Of a DNA stretch of 58,422 nucleotides, positions 10,004-19,948 are shown piece by piece. Source of the stretch: Bacteroidota bacterium (GTDB lineage Bacteria; Bacteroidota; Bacteroidia; AKYH767-A; OLB10). The notes under the pieces were generated by a model. That model was not told where the DNA came from. It saw only the letters and a program-made list of their open reading frames with translations, and searched no databases. Numbering within the stretch: position 1 is the stretch's first letter; every line of letters begins with the position of its first letter. Made by a program: the position numbers and the translations under genes. The stretch lies in assembly GCA_031421935.1 (NCBI GenBank), contig JANOPQ010000038.1, forward strand, positions 1 through 58,422. Direction: 5' to 3'.

Positions 10004-10029
10004 AAATTCTTAATTCTGAATTCTAAATT
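10004..10029 (-). repeat. Inverted heptamer array adjoining the dnaN stop codon
   Basis: Reverse complement reads AATTTAGAATTCAGAATTAAGAATTT. Confidence 0.8.
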
Positions 10030-10030
10030 A

Positions 10031-11152
10031 TTAATTAACCATCACCGGCATCACCAACATCAGTAAATCCTCATTGGGATCTGACTCTGCTTTGGGTGAA
10101 GAAAGTAATCCTGCGCGGTTGGGAAGAGAAAGTTCTAACAACACATTACCAGAATCAATATTGCTGAGCATATCTTGAATGAAACGAGCGTTGAAGGCGA
10201 TTTCAATATCTTTTCCCTCGTAGCTGCAACTCAAACGCTCATCAGCATCATTTCCATAATCTACATCTTCTGCAGAAATTTCCACTTGGCTACCTGCAAT
10301 GCGGAATTTTACTTGATGCGTGGTTTTGTTAGAGAAGATACTCACACGACGAATTGCATTTAAAAAACTCAAGCGATCTACTTCCATCTTATTTGGATTA
10401 TCCAATGGAATTACAGCTTCATAGTTTGGATAACGACCATCAATCAATCGACAAATCAAACTCACATTATCGAAAGTGAAAAATGCATTGGCTTCATTAT
10501 AATCGATTTTAATTTGTGTAGTAGTTCCTACCATAGAAGCTTTCAAAAGTGCTAATGGTTTTTTAGGCATAATAAACGAACTCTCTTTTGCAGAACGAAT
10601 ATCATTACGACGATAACGCACTAAACGATGCGCATCCGTTGCAACAAAAATGGAACCTTCTTTACCAAACTGACAAAATACGCCTGTCATCACTGGACGC
10701 AACTCATCGTTTCCAGTAGCAAACAAAGTATGATTGATTGCCGCTAATAAAACATCAGAAGGCATTTCGATAGAATTTGGTTTATCGATTGCTGGAAGTT
10801 TTGGAAAATCTTCACCATTCAAACCGCTTAACTTATACTTTCCTTTATCGGAACTGATTTCAATATGAAATGAATCTTTTTGAATTTTGAAATTCAATGG
10901 CTCTGCACCAAATGTTTTCAAAGTATCCAATAAAATTTTAGCAGGCACTGCTACTTTTCCACTTTCCTTGCTTTGCACAGAGATAATGGTAGTCATGGTA
11001 GTTTCTAAATCAGAAGCCGACGCTTTCAGGCTATCAGGACTTAATTCGAAAAGAAAATTCTCAAGGATAGGCAATGGAGTGCTGTTTTGAAGAGCTCCAC
11101 TAATGAGCTGCAATTGCTTCAATAAGGTATCAGCGTTTACTATAAATTTCAT
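10031..11152 (-). CDS. dnaN: DNA polymerase III beta sliding clamp
   Basis: ASDLE, VATDAHRL, RLIDGRYPNYEAVIP and LVMPV motifs. Confidence 0.98.
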   Translation of the reverse strand: MKFIVNADTLLKQLQLISGALQNSTPLPILENFLFELSPDSLKASASDLETTMTTIISVQSKESGKVAVPAKILLDTLKTFGAEPLNFKIQKDSFHIEISSDKGKYKLSGLNGEDFPKLPAIDKPNSIEMPSDVLLAAINHTLFATGNDELRPVMTGVFCQFGKEGSIFVATDAHRLVRYRRNDIRSAKESSFIMPKKPLALLKASMVGTTTQIKIDYNEANAFFTFDNVSLICRLIDGRYPNYEAVIPLDNPNKMEVDRLSFLNAIRRVSIFSNKTTHQVKFRIAGSQVEISAEDVDYGNDADERLSCSYEGKDIEIAFNARFIQDMLSNIDSGNVLLELSLPNRAGLLSSPKAESDPNEDLLMLVMPVMVN

Positions 11153-11195
11153 AGGTAATATTCTATCTTAAACTCCTTTAACGCAAAGGAATGCG

Positions 11196-11203
11196 CAAAT
11201 ATA
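11196..11203 (-). promoter_or_regulatory. -7 promoter box (TATATTTG) for dnaN
   Basis: TAnnTTTG consensus upstream of dnaN. Confidence 0.55.
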
Positions 11204-11269
11204 GTTGATGCAGCCGTTCTACATGGCTACTACACTACTCACTTTATTAACAAAAAGCAAAAAAAATTG

Positions 11270-12319
11270 CTATTCAAAACGTTGCTGAGCTGGAACTACA
11301 TCTTTTCCTGGTAAAAAATTGCGTGGATCTTTCAGTATTCTATCAAAATGGAAATATTGACAAACCAACAAAGAGGTATCATCAGACATAACCGCATAAA
11401 ATTTATCCAAATCAAAAGGCAAATCTTCGCCTTCATGATCTATTTGCAAGCGAGAGCCAGGCGTTACAGGCTTTCGAAAACAAACTAAACTTTTCTCCCC
11501 GCCATTGTCCATTTTCACCTTCACAATGCCAAATGGCCCTACTTTAAATATAGAGTCTTTTGAAGCCTGCTTGATATCATTATCTATTCTTTCAAAATAA
11601 GTTTCTGAAAACGCGCTTAAGAATGTTCTTACCTTATTGATATCCAAAGGATTAACACTTTGACCATCGATTAATCTTTTCACTGCAAAAGTGGTATCTG
11701 CCAACCGAGTTAAATTAAAAGCCCTAATGGGTCGAGCTCTGTCGTTTATGTCTACTTCTACAATGCGTCGAGGATCAAAGCGAAATATTGACTTATCTCT
11801 CCATTCAGGTTCAGAAGCAAAATATCGTGTTGAAAGAAATCCATTAAAGCCAGGAATAAAAGTGATGAAGGGAACAGAACTACCTTCCAAGTACATAAAT
11901 GTACCTAAATTATCCATGGTAGGATGTCCTACATAATAGGTTTTAATATTCTCCCCTTTGGAATAGATTTCAATCTTCACTGATTTTGAAGCCATCAACT
12001 TCATGGTATTATTATAAAGATTTTTTCCTACTGGACTACGCACTTCTACATTCTTAATTGTGGCTAAAAGATTTTGAACTCCATCTTCACGAGCTAAAAA
12101 TTTTCCGTTTACCATCCAATGATTTGATGCTTCGCGCACTAAAGTCACTTCTCGTCCTTCTTTATCTGCTAAAAAAATCTTATCAATACTGCTTGTATCT
12201 GCTACAGCAAAATCTCTCAGTTCTCCTTTGATGGATTTATTAGATTCAAAATACCAGAGTCCGCAGGCAACGACAGCCAATAACACAAACACGATCAATA
12301 CTATTTTATTTTTTTTCAT
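11270..12319 (-). CDS. DUF4340-like membrane-anchored protein of the gldFG operon
   Basis: N-terminal TM anchor; WRDK motif; lies directly downstream of gldG. Confidence 0.7.
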   Translation of the reverse strand: MKKNKIVLIVFVLLAVVACGLWYFESNKSIKGELRDFAVADTSSIDKIFLADKEGREVTLVREASNHWMVNGKFLAREDGVQNLLATIKNVEVRSPVGKNLYNNTMKLMASKSVKIEIYSKGENIKTYYVGHPTMDNLGTFMYLEGSSVPFITFIPGFNGFLSTRYFASEPEWRDKSIFRFDPRRIVEVDINDRARPIRAFNLTRLADTTFAVKRLIDGQSVNPLDINKVRTFLSAFSETYFERIDNDIKQASKDSIFKVGPFGIVKVKMDNGGEKSLVCFRKPVTPGSRLQIDHEGEDLPFDLDKFYAVMSDDTSLLVCQYFHFDRILKDPRNFLPGKDVVPAQQRFE

Positions 12320-12323
12320 AGAA

Positions 12324-14030
12324 CTAAGTATAACGACGCAAACGCAAATAAAATTTTATTAATCCGAAAACAATTAAAAGGACAATTGGCAAAGTTACAT
12401 TTAACCACTTTAACAAAGAAGTATCTGCTTCCAATACTGCTGGATCGATCATTCTCAAACGAAATTCTTTACTTCGTACTGACATCAATCCTGAATCATC
12501 GCAGAAATAATCCATGATATTTAAAAAGAAAGATTTATTGCCATACGTTGTATTAGTATAGCGATCGAAGCCAAGAGCTACAGGAGAACCTTTCACAATA
12601 TCATTTCGAATAATATCTCCATCAGAAATCACAATTACTTTTGTTTGAACACTAGAGTCTTTAAAGTCAATTTCTTTATTTTCAGCTATTGTAGGCGGGA
12701 TTCGATTTTTAAACAATGAAGTAAAACTTCCTTCCATCAACACAGCCACCGGAACATCCTTTTGAGGGAACATTTTCGGATCAGGTTTAAACTGCATAAT
12801 ACCTAAACTCACGCGTACTGGTGCAGGTAAAATCCGACTATATTGAGAGGTTGTTAAGAGTACGGTATGTTTAATTCCTTCAGCATCGATAGGATCAATA
12901 CTTGACACAAACTGACCTTTTATTGAATTCAAATTATTGACGATAGGATGTTTTGAAGTAGGGTTCATCAACGGAAAAAAGTACCAAGGTAATAATTGTT
13001 GCTTTGGTTGATTTCCCACCATGCCAGTGACGACAGGAATTAAAGAAGAAAGTAAATCCTGTACTAAATCATAATTCACACGAACTCCATATCGAAACAA
13101 CATATCATCCAATTTTAAGTCGCGGGCAGGTGCTAAAATTTCACCACGTCTTTCCAAACTATCCATAGATGCTTGAATGGGATCAATCAATATAATTAGT
13201 TTACCACCATGCATTACATATTGATCAATCACAAACTTATCCTTTTCGTTAAAAGCGCTATCGGGCTTTGCTATCACCACCGCTTGATAATCTTTCAATG
13301 CATTTAACTTTCCATCTATTCGAACTCTTTTCAATTCATAAGACGCTTTTAGTGCGTTAGCAATATCATTAACATTTGTAGTATCTAATTCGCCGTGCCC
13401 TTCTAAAAATGCTATGGATGGACGCATTGGATCCGTCACTTTCCGAATCACATTACAAATTTCGTATTCCAGATTTTGAATAGAGTTATTTAAAATCAGT
13501 TCAGGTGGAAATCCATTTTGATTCTTCAACAACGTAATACTCATCTCCACATTCGCATAACTCACCAAGGCACCGGGGAAAATATAAGTACGTTTCACGC
13601 CTTCATTCGTTCTTTCCTCAACTGTGGTTGGTTGAATTCCTTTTTGATAAAGTTGAGCATAAAAATTATTCCGTTCCTTTTCATCGGGATTGGCAGATGG
13701 ATCAATAAATTCAAACTGGAGATTACCATTAGAATAAATACTCAGCTCATCTAAAATTTCACGTGTACTTTGCTGCAAACGAGAAAATCCAGGAGAGAAA
13801 TCTCCTTCCAAATAAACTCGAATATAAACCACATCTTTAAGTTGAGATACTAGTTTTTTGCTATTATCTGATAACGTAAAACGACTATCATCCGTTAAAT
13901 CAATTCGTGTAAAAACGAAAGAGGAAACAATATTCGTCAACACGATAATCCCCAAAAGCAAAATCAATTGCATGATGGCTTGACCTTTCGGACTTTTTCT
14001 TTTATGAGACTCCATTTCCGACTTTTCCAT
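12324..14030 (-). CDS. gldG: Gliding motility-associated ABC transporter auxiliary component GldG
   Basis: RIDLTDDSRFTLS, LEGHGEL, DQYVMHGGK and VISDGD motifs; TGATG overlap with the gldF stop. Confidence 0.93.
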   Translation of the reverse strand: MEKSEMESHKRKSPKGQAIMQLILLLGIIVLTNIVSSFVFTRIDLTDDSRFTLSDNSKKLVSQLKDVVYIRVYLEGDFSPGFSRLQQSTREILDELSIYSNGNLQFEFIDPSANPDEKERNNFYAQLYQKGIQPTTVEERTNEGVKRTYIFPGALVSYANVEMSITLLKNQNGFPPELILNNSIQNLEYEICNVIRKVTDPMRPSIAFLEGHGELDTTNVNDIANALKASYELKRVRIDGKLNALKDYQAVVIAKPDSAFNEKDKFVIDQYVMHGGKLIILIDPIQASMDSLERRGEILAPARDLKLDDMLFRYGVRVNYDLVQDLLSSLIPVVTGMVGNQPKQQLLPWYFFPLMNPTSKHPIVNNLNSIKGQFVSSIDPIDAEGIKHTVLLTTSQYSRILPAPVRVSLGIMQFKPDPKMFPQKDVPVAVLMEGSFTSLFKNRIPPTIAENKEIDFKDSSVQTKVIVISDGDIIRNDIVKGSPVALGFDRYTNTTYGNKSFFLNIMDYFCDDSGLMSVRSKEFRLRMIDPAVLEADTSLLKWLNVTLPIVLLIVFGLIKFYLRLRRYT

Positions 14031-14764
14031 CACCATTTTCTACTTTCAATAACCATTCTTGTCAAGAAAAGAAAACAAAGAATTGCCGAAAAAAAGAAAA
14101 CTAAATCTCGAGTATCGATCACTCCTCTACTCAAACTCAAATAATGCGCATTAAAACTTAAACCGAAAACAATGGTTGAAGCCTTTCCTATTCCAAAAAT
14201 GGCGGAAATCGATTCAAAACCTTTCAAACAAATCAAACAAAGAAAAAAACCAATAATAAATGCGACAACTTGATTATCGGCCAATGAGGATGAAAAAATT
14301 CCAATGGCAACGAAACTTGCCCCTAGCAACAACAACCCAATATACGAACCCAAGATGGCTCCAGAATCTACATTTCCAACAGGCAAACTAATCGAATGTA
14401 TCGTAAAATAGTACACGATAGTTGGTAGTAAAGAAAACAAAACGAGGATCGCACCAGCAAAAAACTTGGCGCTCACCAATTGCATTTCTGTCAATGGACG
14501 AGTTAACAAAAGCTCAATAGTTCCGGACTTCTTCTCTTCAGAAAAAAGTCGCATCGTGATCGCTGGTATTAGCAATAAATACATCCACGGAGTAATTACA
14601 AATAGCGAATCTAAATTCGCATAACCAGCACTTAAAATATTATAGGATGAATCTGGGAATATCCACAGAAACAAACCCATCGTTAAAAGGAAGACAACGA
14701 GAACGATATACCCAATGAGGGAGTTCAAGAAGCTGTTAATTTCCTTGAGGATCAGGGAAAACAT
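14030..14764 (-). CDS. gldF: Gliding motility-associated ABC transporter permease GldF
   Basis: KEINSF, IPAITMRLFSEEKKSGTIELLLT and SRGVIDTRD motifs. Confidence 0.94.
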   Translation of the reverse strand: MFSLILKEINSFLNSLIGYIVLVVFLLTMGLFLWIFPDSSYNILSAGYANLDSLFVITPWMYLLLIPAITMRLFSEEKKSGTIELLLTRPLTEMQLVSAKFFAGAILVLFSLLPTIVYYFTIHSISLPVGNVDSGAILGSYIGLLLLGASFVAIGIFSSSLADNQVVAFIIGFFLCLICLKGFESISAIFGIGKASTIVFGLSFNAHYLSLSRGVIDTRDLVFFFSAILCFLFLTRMVIESRKW

Positions 14765-14904
14765 AGGAGGCAAAAGTAAACGATTTCATTTAAGAACAAG
14801 ACATTCATTTTTCTAAATCAAAAAAACAAATCCAATCCATCTTTCGGAAAAAGGATATTTCAAGAAAATTTTATTTCCCAACTGCTAAGGCTTACTTTTG
14901 AAGA

Positions 14905-16092
14905 GTGACCAAAGTACTACAAATCGTTAACCGACTGAATTTAGGAGGAATAACCTATAATGCAGCAACAATAGCAGCTCATTTACGACCGGAATTTGAG
15001 ACCATGATTGTAGCTGGGATGAAAGATGAGAGCGAAGAAAGTTCTGAATTCATGGTTTTAAAATTAGGACTTGAGCCAATGTATCTCCCGGATATGCATC
15101 GAGAGATAAATTTACGTTCTGATTACAAAGCCTATAAGCATTTACTTAAAATCATCCGTGAATTTAAACCTGATGTAGTTCATACTCATGCAGCGAAGGC
15201 TGGACTAATAGGTCGACTTGCTGCCAAGAGAGCTGGAGTAAAAGTTATTGTTCATACTTTTCATGGTCATGTATTTCACAGTTATTTTGGGAAATTAAAA
15301 ACCTCCTTTTTTATAAATCTTGAACGTGGTTTAGCTTGGATCAGCAGTGCGATAATTGCTATCAGTGAAAATCAAAAAAAAGAGCTTTGCGAAACCTATA
15401 AAATTAGTTCGTGCAAAAAGATTCATCTCGTTGAATTAGGATACGATTTAGTGCCTTTTCAAGAAAACCCAGAAGTTAAAAGAGCAAAGTTTAGAGAACA
15501 ATATTCCATTCAACCCCACCAAATTGCGATCGGAATTATAGGTCGATTGGTACCCATTAAAAACTTAAAATTATTTATAGAAGCATTTTCCATTACCCAT
15601 CAAAAATATGGAGATAAAACCAAAGCATTTATTATTGGTGATGGCGAACAAATGGCTGAATTACAAGAATTTTGCGAAACTTTAGGCTTAACAATTTCAA
15701 CTCCTAAAAATATTAATGAAAGTTCTTCCCTCGTTTTTACTTCGTGGATTCATGAAATAGACATTGCCATGAATGGTATTGATATATTGACAATCAGCTC
15801 ATTAAATGAAGGGACGCCTGCCAGTTTGATAGAAGCACAGGCTGCAGGAAAGCCTATTGTAGCAACTAATGTTGGAGGAGTTTCAAATATAGTTCTAGAA
15901 GGAGAAACGGCTTTATTGGTTGAAAGTGGTGATATCATAGGATTTTCAAATGCTTTAAACCAACTTTTATCCAATGAACAATTAAGACTCAAAATGAGTT
16001 TAAAGGGGCCTTCTTATGTGCTTTCCCGCTTTCACGAAAAAAGATTATGTAAAGATATCTCTGATTTATACGCCAAGCTTTTGAAGAATTAG
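14905..16092 (+). CDS. Glycosyltransferase family 4
   Basis: PDVVHTHAAKAG, HTFHGH and EGTPASLIEA motifs. Confidence 0.92.
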   Translation: MTKVLQIVNRLNLGGITYNAATIAAHLRPEFETMIVAGMKDESEESSEFMVLKLGLEPMYLPDMHREINLRSDYKAYKHLLKIIREFKPDVVHTHAAKAGLIGRLAAKRAGVKVIVHTFHGHVFHSYFGKLKTSFFINLERGLAWISSAIIAISENQKKELCETYKISSCKKIHLVELGYDLVPFQENPEVKRAKFREQYSIQPHQIAIGIIGRLVPIKNLKLFIEAFSITHQKYGDKTKAFIIGDGEQMAELQEFCETLGLTISTPKNINESSSLVFTSWIHEIDIAMNGIDILTISSLNEGTPASLIEAQAAGKPIVATNVGGVSNIVLEGETALLVESGDIIGFSNALNQLLSNEQLRLKMSLKGPSYVLSRFHEKRLCKDISDLYAKLLKN

Positions 16093-16141
16093 AGCTTCTC
16101 CCAATTAGCAATAAAAAATACTTACTTTTGCTACCAATCAA

Positions 16142-16936
16142 ATGATTCATGATTTTATGAAAAAGCTAATACCAGCACTATCTATTCTATTTATTATCAG
16201 TTCTTGCCAAATTAATCCGAGTGTCATGTTCAAAGTACCTAAGAACTATGAATATTCAAATGATCAAACCATTGGCAATATAGAATACCGTATTACTCCA
16301 AATGACATAATCGGATTTAGTGTTTATACTAATGATGGTTTTAAGTTAATTGATATGACCACCTCAGCAGCATCTATTGCAGGTGGATTTCAAAGTGTTA
16401 ACGGGCAAGGTAATACTCAAACACAATTTTTAGTAGAACCTGATGGACAAATTAAACTTCCAATAGTTGGAAAAATTAAAATTGCCGGTCTTACTGTTCG
16501 AGAAGCTGAAAAATCACTAGAACAAGAATACGCCACTTTTTACAACAAGCCCTTTGTCATGATCAAAGTCTTAAATAGACGCGTGATGGTCTTCCCTGGA
16601 ACTGGGGGAACAGGAAGAACCGTAAATCTTGATAATGAGAATATGAATTTAATTGAAGCTTTAGCCTTAGCTGGTGGATTAACGAATACAGGAAAATCAT
16701 ATAAGATCAAATTAATTCGGGGTGATTTAAGAAATCCAAAAGTGATGTTAATTGACTTATCAACAATTGAAGGAATGAAGCAGAGTAATTTATTACTTCA
16801 GTCGAATGATATCATTTATGTGGAACCAGTTCCAAGAGTTTCACAAGAATTACTTTCTCAACTCGCCCCAATTATTGGAATCATTACCAGTTTAGCTTTA
16901 GTATATCAAATTGCAGATGGTTTAAGAACTCCATAG
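16142..16936 (+). CDS. wza: Polysaccharide export lipoprotein (Wza-like)
   Basis: Lipobox IISSC; DGQIKLPIVG poly_export motif; SLBB motif EALALAGG. Confidence 0.88.
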   Translation: MIHDFMKKLIPALSILFIISSCQINPSVMFKVPKNYEYSNDQTIGNIEYRITPNDIIGFSVYTNDGFKLIDMTTSAASIAGGFQSVNGQGNTQTQFLVEPDGQIKLPIVGKIKIAGLTVREAEKSLEQEYATFYNKPFVMIKVLNRRVMVFPGTGGTGRTVNLDNENMNLIEALALAGGLTNTGKSYKIKLIRGDLRNPKVMLIDLSTIEGMKQSNLLLQSNDIIYVEPVPRVSQELLSQLAPIIGIITSLALVYQIADGLRTP

Positions 16937-16952
16937 GAGCTACAAGGAACGA

Positions 16953-19379
16953 ATGGCAAAGAAGAAAATATCGCCGATTAACGAAGATTTTGATTTCAAA
17001 CTTCTTGTGACTATAGCAAGAAAGAATTTGCTATGGTTTACTTTTTTCATTTTAATGGCCATTCTTATCGCACTCTTAATTTTACGATACACGGCTCCAG
17101 TTTATGAATCTACGGCTGTAATACAACTTTCTGAGCAAGATAATGCAAGTAATGTCATCAACTCAAAACAATTTAAAACTTTCACCGATCAAAACAACAA
17201 ACTAGCATCGAGCATCGAATTAATGCGTTCTCGAGTAATTTTAGAACGAGTTGTAAGTAAGCTTCCCTTTAAAATTAGTTATTATTCTAAAGGTGAAATT
17301 TTAACTTTTGAATTGTATAAAATGTCACCTTTTACAGTTGAATTAAGGATGAAAGACAGCTCTTTAATTGGCAAACCCATCAATATAGATTTTCTAACTT
17401 CAAATACTTTTAATCTTAACTATAGTAGCAAAAGAGTTCACAGAAAAGGTCCTTTTAAAACAGACGAGTGGCTAAGTTTTCCAGAAGCCGACATGAAGAT
17501 TTCAATATATGATTTCAAAGCAATTTCTCTATTACAACAAGCTCTAAACAAGGATGCATTTTATTTTGTAATTAACAGCTTACCTGAATTAACAAATCAA
17601 ATTTCAAAATCCATTATGATCACTCCACTAAATGTGGATGCACAAACTGTACAAATCAAACTAAAAGATAAGACTCAGCAAAAAGCTTCTGATATTGTTA
17701 ATGGAATAGCCGTTGAATTTAATAAATATGATTTAGAAAAAAACTCTGAAGTTGCAGATAAAATTCTTGATTTTATTGACAATACTATTGCTAGTATTGA
17801 TATTGAACTGAGCAATTCCGAAAGCTCTCTTGAGCGATTTAAGAAAGAAAACAAAATCTTAAATCCAGAAATGTCGGCTGGTATTATTATGAATCAGCTG
17901 CAAGCGTTACAAACTGAAATTTTTGCATATGAACATGAAATTAATCTATATGCAAGTATTAAGAAAGAGCTTCAAGGATCTCCTGATGTAAGTAAATTCC
18001 TATTGAGTTTGTCAGGAAGATCAGAAAACAATTTAATTTTATCTCATTTGGAAAAGTTAAGTGTATTATTAGATCAAAGAGATCAAATAAAACTACAAGC
18101 TACTGAAAAAAGTGAGTTATACAAATCGGTTCAAGTACAAGTTGAAAATCAACAATTGCTCTTAAGCAAAATGCTAATCAATGAAGGTTTAAGTTTTAAA
18201 GCGAAAAAAGAAAGTAAACTTTTAGAAATACAAAAAATAGAAAAAAAATTCGGAATTATACCGCAACAGCAAGCTGAATTTGGACGCTTAACGCGATTGT
18301 TTACTATCAATGAAAAATTTTATTCTCTTCTACTAGAGAAAAAAGCAGAATTTTCAATAACACGAGCTGGTTATGTTCCTCAACATATCATTTTACAAGC
18401 AGATTTAGGTAACTCCCCTCCTGTTTCTCCGAATAAGGCGTTAATTATTAGTGCTTGTATGATCATTGGTTTTCTCGCTGGATTTATTTTAATAGTTACG
18501 AGGTATCTACTTTACGATGAAATCAACTCGCTTGAAGAGGTTGCACAATATACTGATGCAGCGATGTTAGGTATCATTCCAAAATATAAACGTGAAATTC
18601 CTATTTCTCAATTATTGGTTGATAAAAATCCAAAATCAGTTATATCTGAAGCCTTTCGCTCCATCCGAACGAATTTGCAATTTATCTCGAATAAAGATGG
18701 AGCAAAAATTATTGCTTTAACATCAACCATTTCTGGAGAAGGGAAAACATTTAATGCAATAAATCTAGCTGGTGTAATTGCATTTTCCGGTTTGAAAGTA
18801 GTCATCCTTGACCTTGATCTCAGGAAACCAAAAATCCACTTGGGTTTTAATGTTGAAAACAACCATGGAATTAGTACACTATTAATCGGTAAAGACAAAC
18901 CTGAAAATTGTATCATTAAAAGTTCACTTGCTAATCTTGATTTCATCACTGCAGGACCAATTCCACCTAATCCTGCGGAGTTAATTATTAATCCTACTAT
19001 GGAGTCGCTGCTAGTTCACTTAAAGACGATTTATGATATTATCATTATTGACCTACCACCCGTTGGTATTGTTAGTGATGGAATTCCGATTATGCAGATA
19101 GCTGATTACCCACTTTATATTTTAAGAGCAAAGTATTCAAGAAAAATGTTTGTTGCACAAATCAATAAACTGATTACTGATAACAAAGTAAAAAATATGA
19201 GTGTTATTTTGAATGGGGTTGAAATGTCGAAGCTAAAGTATGGCTACGGCTATGGATATAGTTATGGATACGGTTATGGATATGGATATAGTTATGGATA
19301 CGGTTATTACGAAGAAGATGAAGAACCTAAAACTTTATGGAATCGCGTAACTGATGTATTCAAAAAGAAAAAAGTTTAA
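16953..19379 (+). CDS. wzc: Polysaccharide co-polymerase / BY-kinase (Wzc-like)
   Basis: Two TM segments; SEAFRSIRTN, Walker A GEGKT, DLDLRKP; C-terminal Tyr cluster. Confidence 0.93.
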   Translation: MAKKKISPINEDFDFKLLVTIARKNLLWFTFFILMAILIALLILRYTAPVYESTAVIQLSEQDNASNVINSKQFKTFTDQNNKLASSIELMRSRVILERVVSKLPFKISYYSKGEILTFELYKMSPFTVELRMKDSSLIGKPINIDFLTSNTFNLNYSSKRVHRKGPFKTDEWLSFPEADMKISIYDFKAISLLQQALNKDAFYFVINSLPELTNQISKSIMITPLNVDAQTVQIKLKDKTQQKASDIVNGIAVEFNKYDLEKNSEVADKILDFIDNTIASIDIELSNSESSLERFKKENKILNPEMSAGIIMNQLQALQTEIFAYEHEINLYASIKKELQGSPDVSKFLLSLSGRSENNLILSHLEKLSVLLDQRDQIKLQATEKSELYKSVQVQVENQQLLLSKMLINEGLSFKAKKESKLLEIQKIEKKFGIIPQQQAEFGRLTRLFTINEKFYSLLLEKKAEFSITRAGYVPQHIILQADLGNSPPVSPNKALIISACMIIGFLAGFILIVTRYLLYDEINSLEEVAQYTDAAMLGIIPKYKREIPISQLLVDKNPKSVISEAFRSIRTNLQFISNKDGAKIIALTSTISGEGKTFNAINLAGVIAFSGLKVVILDLDLRKPKIHLGFNVENNHGISTLLIGKDKPENCIIKSSLANLDFITAGPIPPNPAELIINPTMESLLVHLKTIYDIIIIDLPPVGIVSDGIPIMQIADYPLYILRAKYSRKMFVAQINKLITDNKVKNMSVILNGVEMSKLKYGYGYGYSYGYGYGYGYSYGYGYYEEDEEPKTLWNRVTDVFKKKKV
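19251..19307 (+). repeat. Perfect 27-bp duplication (30-bp period) in the Wzc Tyr cluster
   Basis: TATGGATATAGTTATGGATACGGTTAT at 19251-19277 and 19281-19307. Confidence 0.9.
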
Positions 19380-19381
19380 AG

Positions 19382-19948
19382 ATGGAAGTAACACGATTTA
19401 ATATTGAAGGTCCTCTCCTATTCAAACCAAAAATTTTTCATGATGACCGAGGTTATTTTTATGAATCTTACAATGAAAAGGTATTTCATACATTAGGACT
19501 AGAAATGAAGTTCGTTCAAGATAATCAATCGAGTAGTCATAAAAATGTTTTGCGAGGCTTGCATTTTCAACATCCTCCATTCGATCAAGGGAAATTAGTG
19601 CGCGTATTAAAAGGGCGTGTGCATGATGTAGCTGTCGACATCCGAAAAAATTCACCCACGTTTGGACAACATTTACGGGTTGAATTGAGTTCATTCAACA
19701 ACTTTATGTTCTGGATCCCGCCTGGATTCGCACATGGTTTCTTATCTTTGGAAGAAGATACTATTTTTCTGTATAAATGCACCAACGTTTATCATAAAGA
19801 ATCAGAAAGTGGTATTTTATGGAATGATAAAGATCTGTCTATTGACTGGGGCAGCAACGGCACGCCCATTGTCTCTGAAAAAGATATGGAACTGCCCTCT
19901 TTCCAAGAATTAGAATCAAGATTTGAAATCATGACGTCCAATGACTGA
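19382..19948 (+). CDS. rfbC: dTDP-4-dehydrorhamnose 3,5-epimerase
   Basis: DDRGYF, VLRGLHFQ, DVAVDIR and GFAHGF motifs. Confidence 0.96.
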   Translation: MEVTRFNIEGPLLFKPKIFHDDRGYFYESYNEKVFHTLGLEMKFVQDNQSSSHKNVLRGLHFQHPPFDQGKLVRVLKGRVHDVAVDIRKNSPTFGQHLRVELSSFNNFMFWIPPGFAHGFLSLEEDTIFLYKCTNVYHKESESGILWNDKDLSIDWGSNGTPIVSEKDMELPSFQELESRFEIMTSND

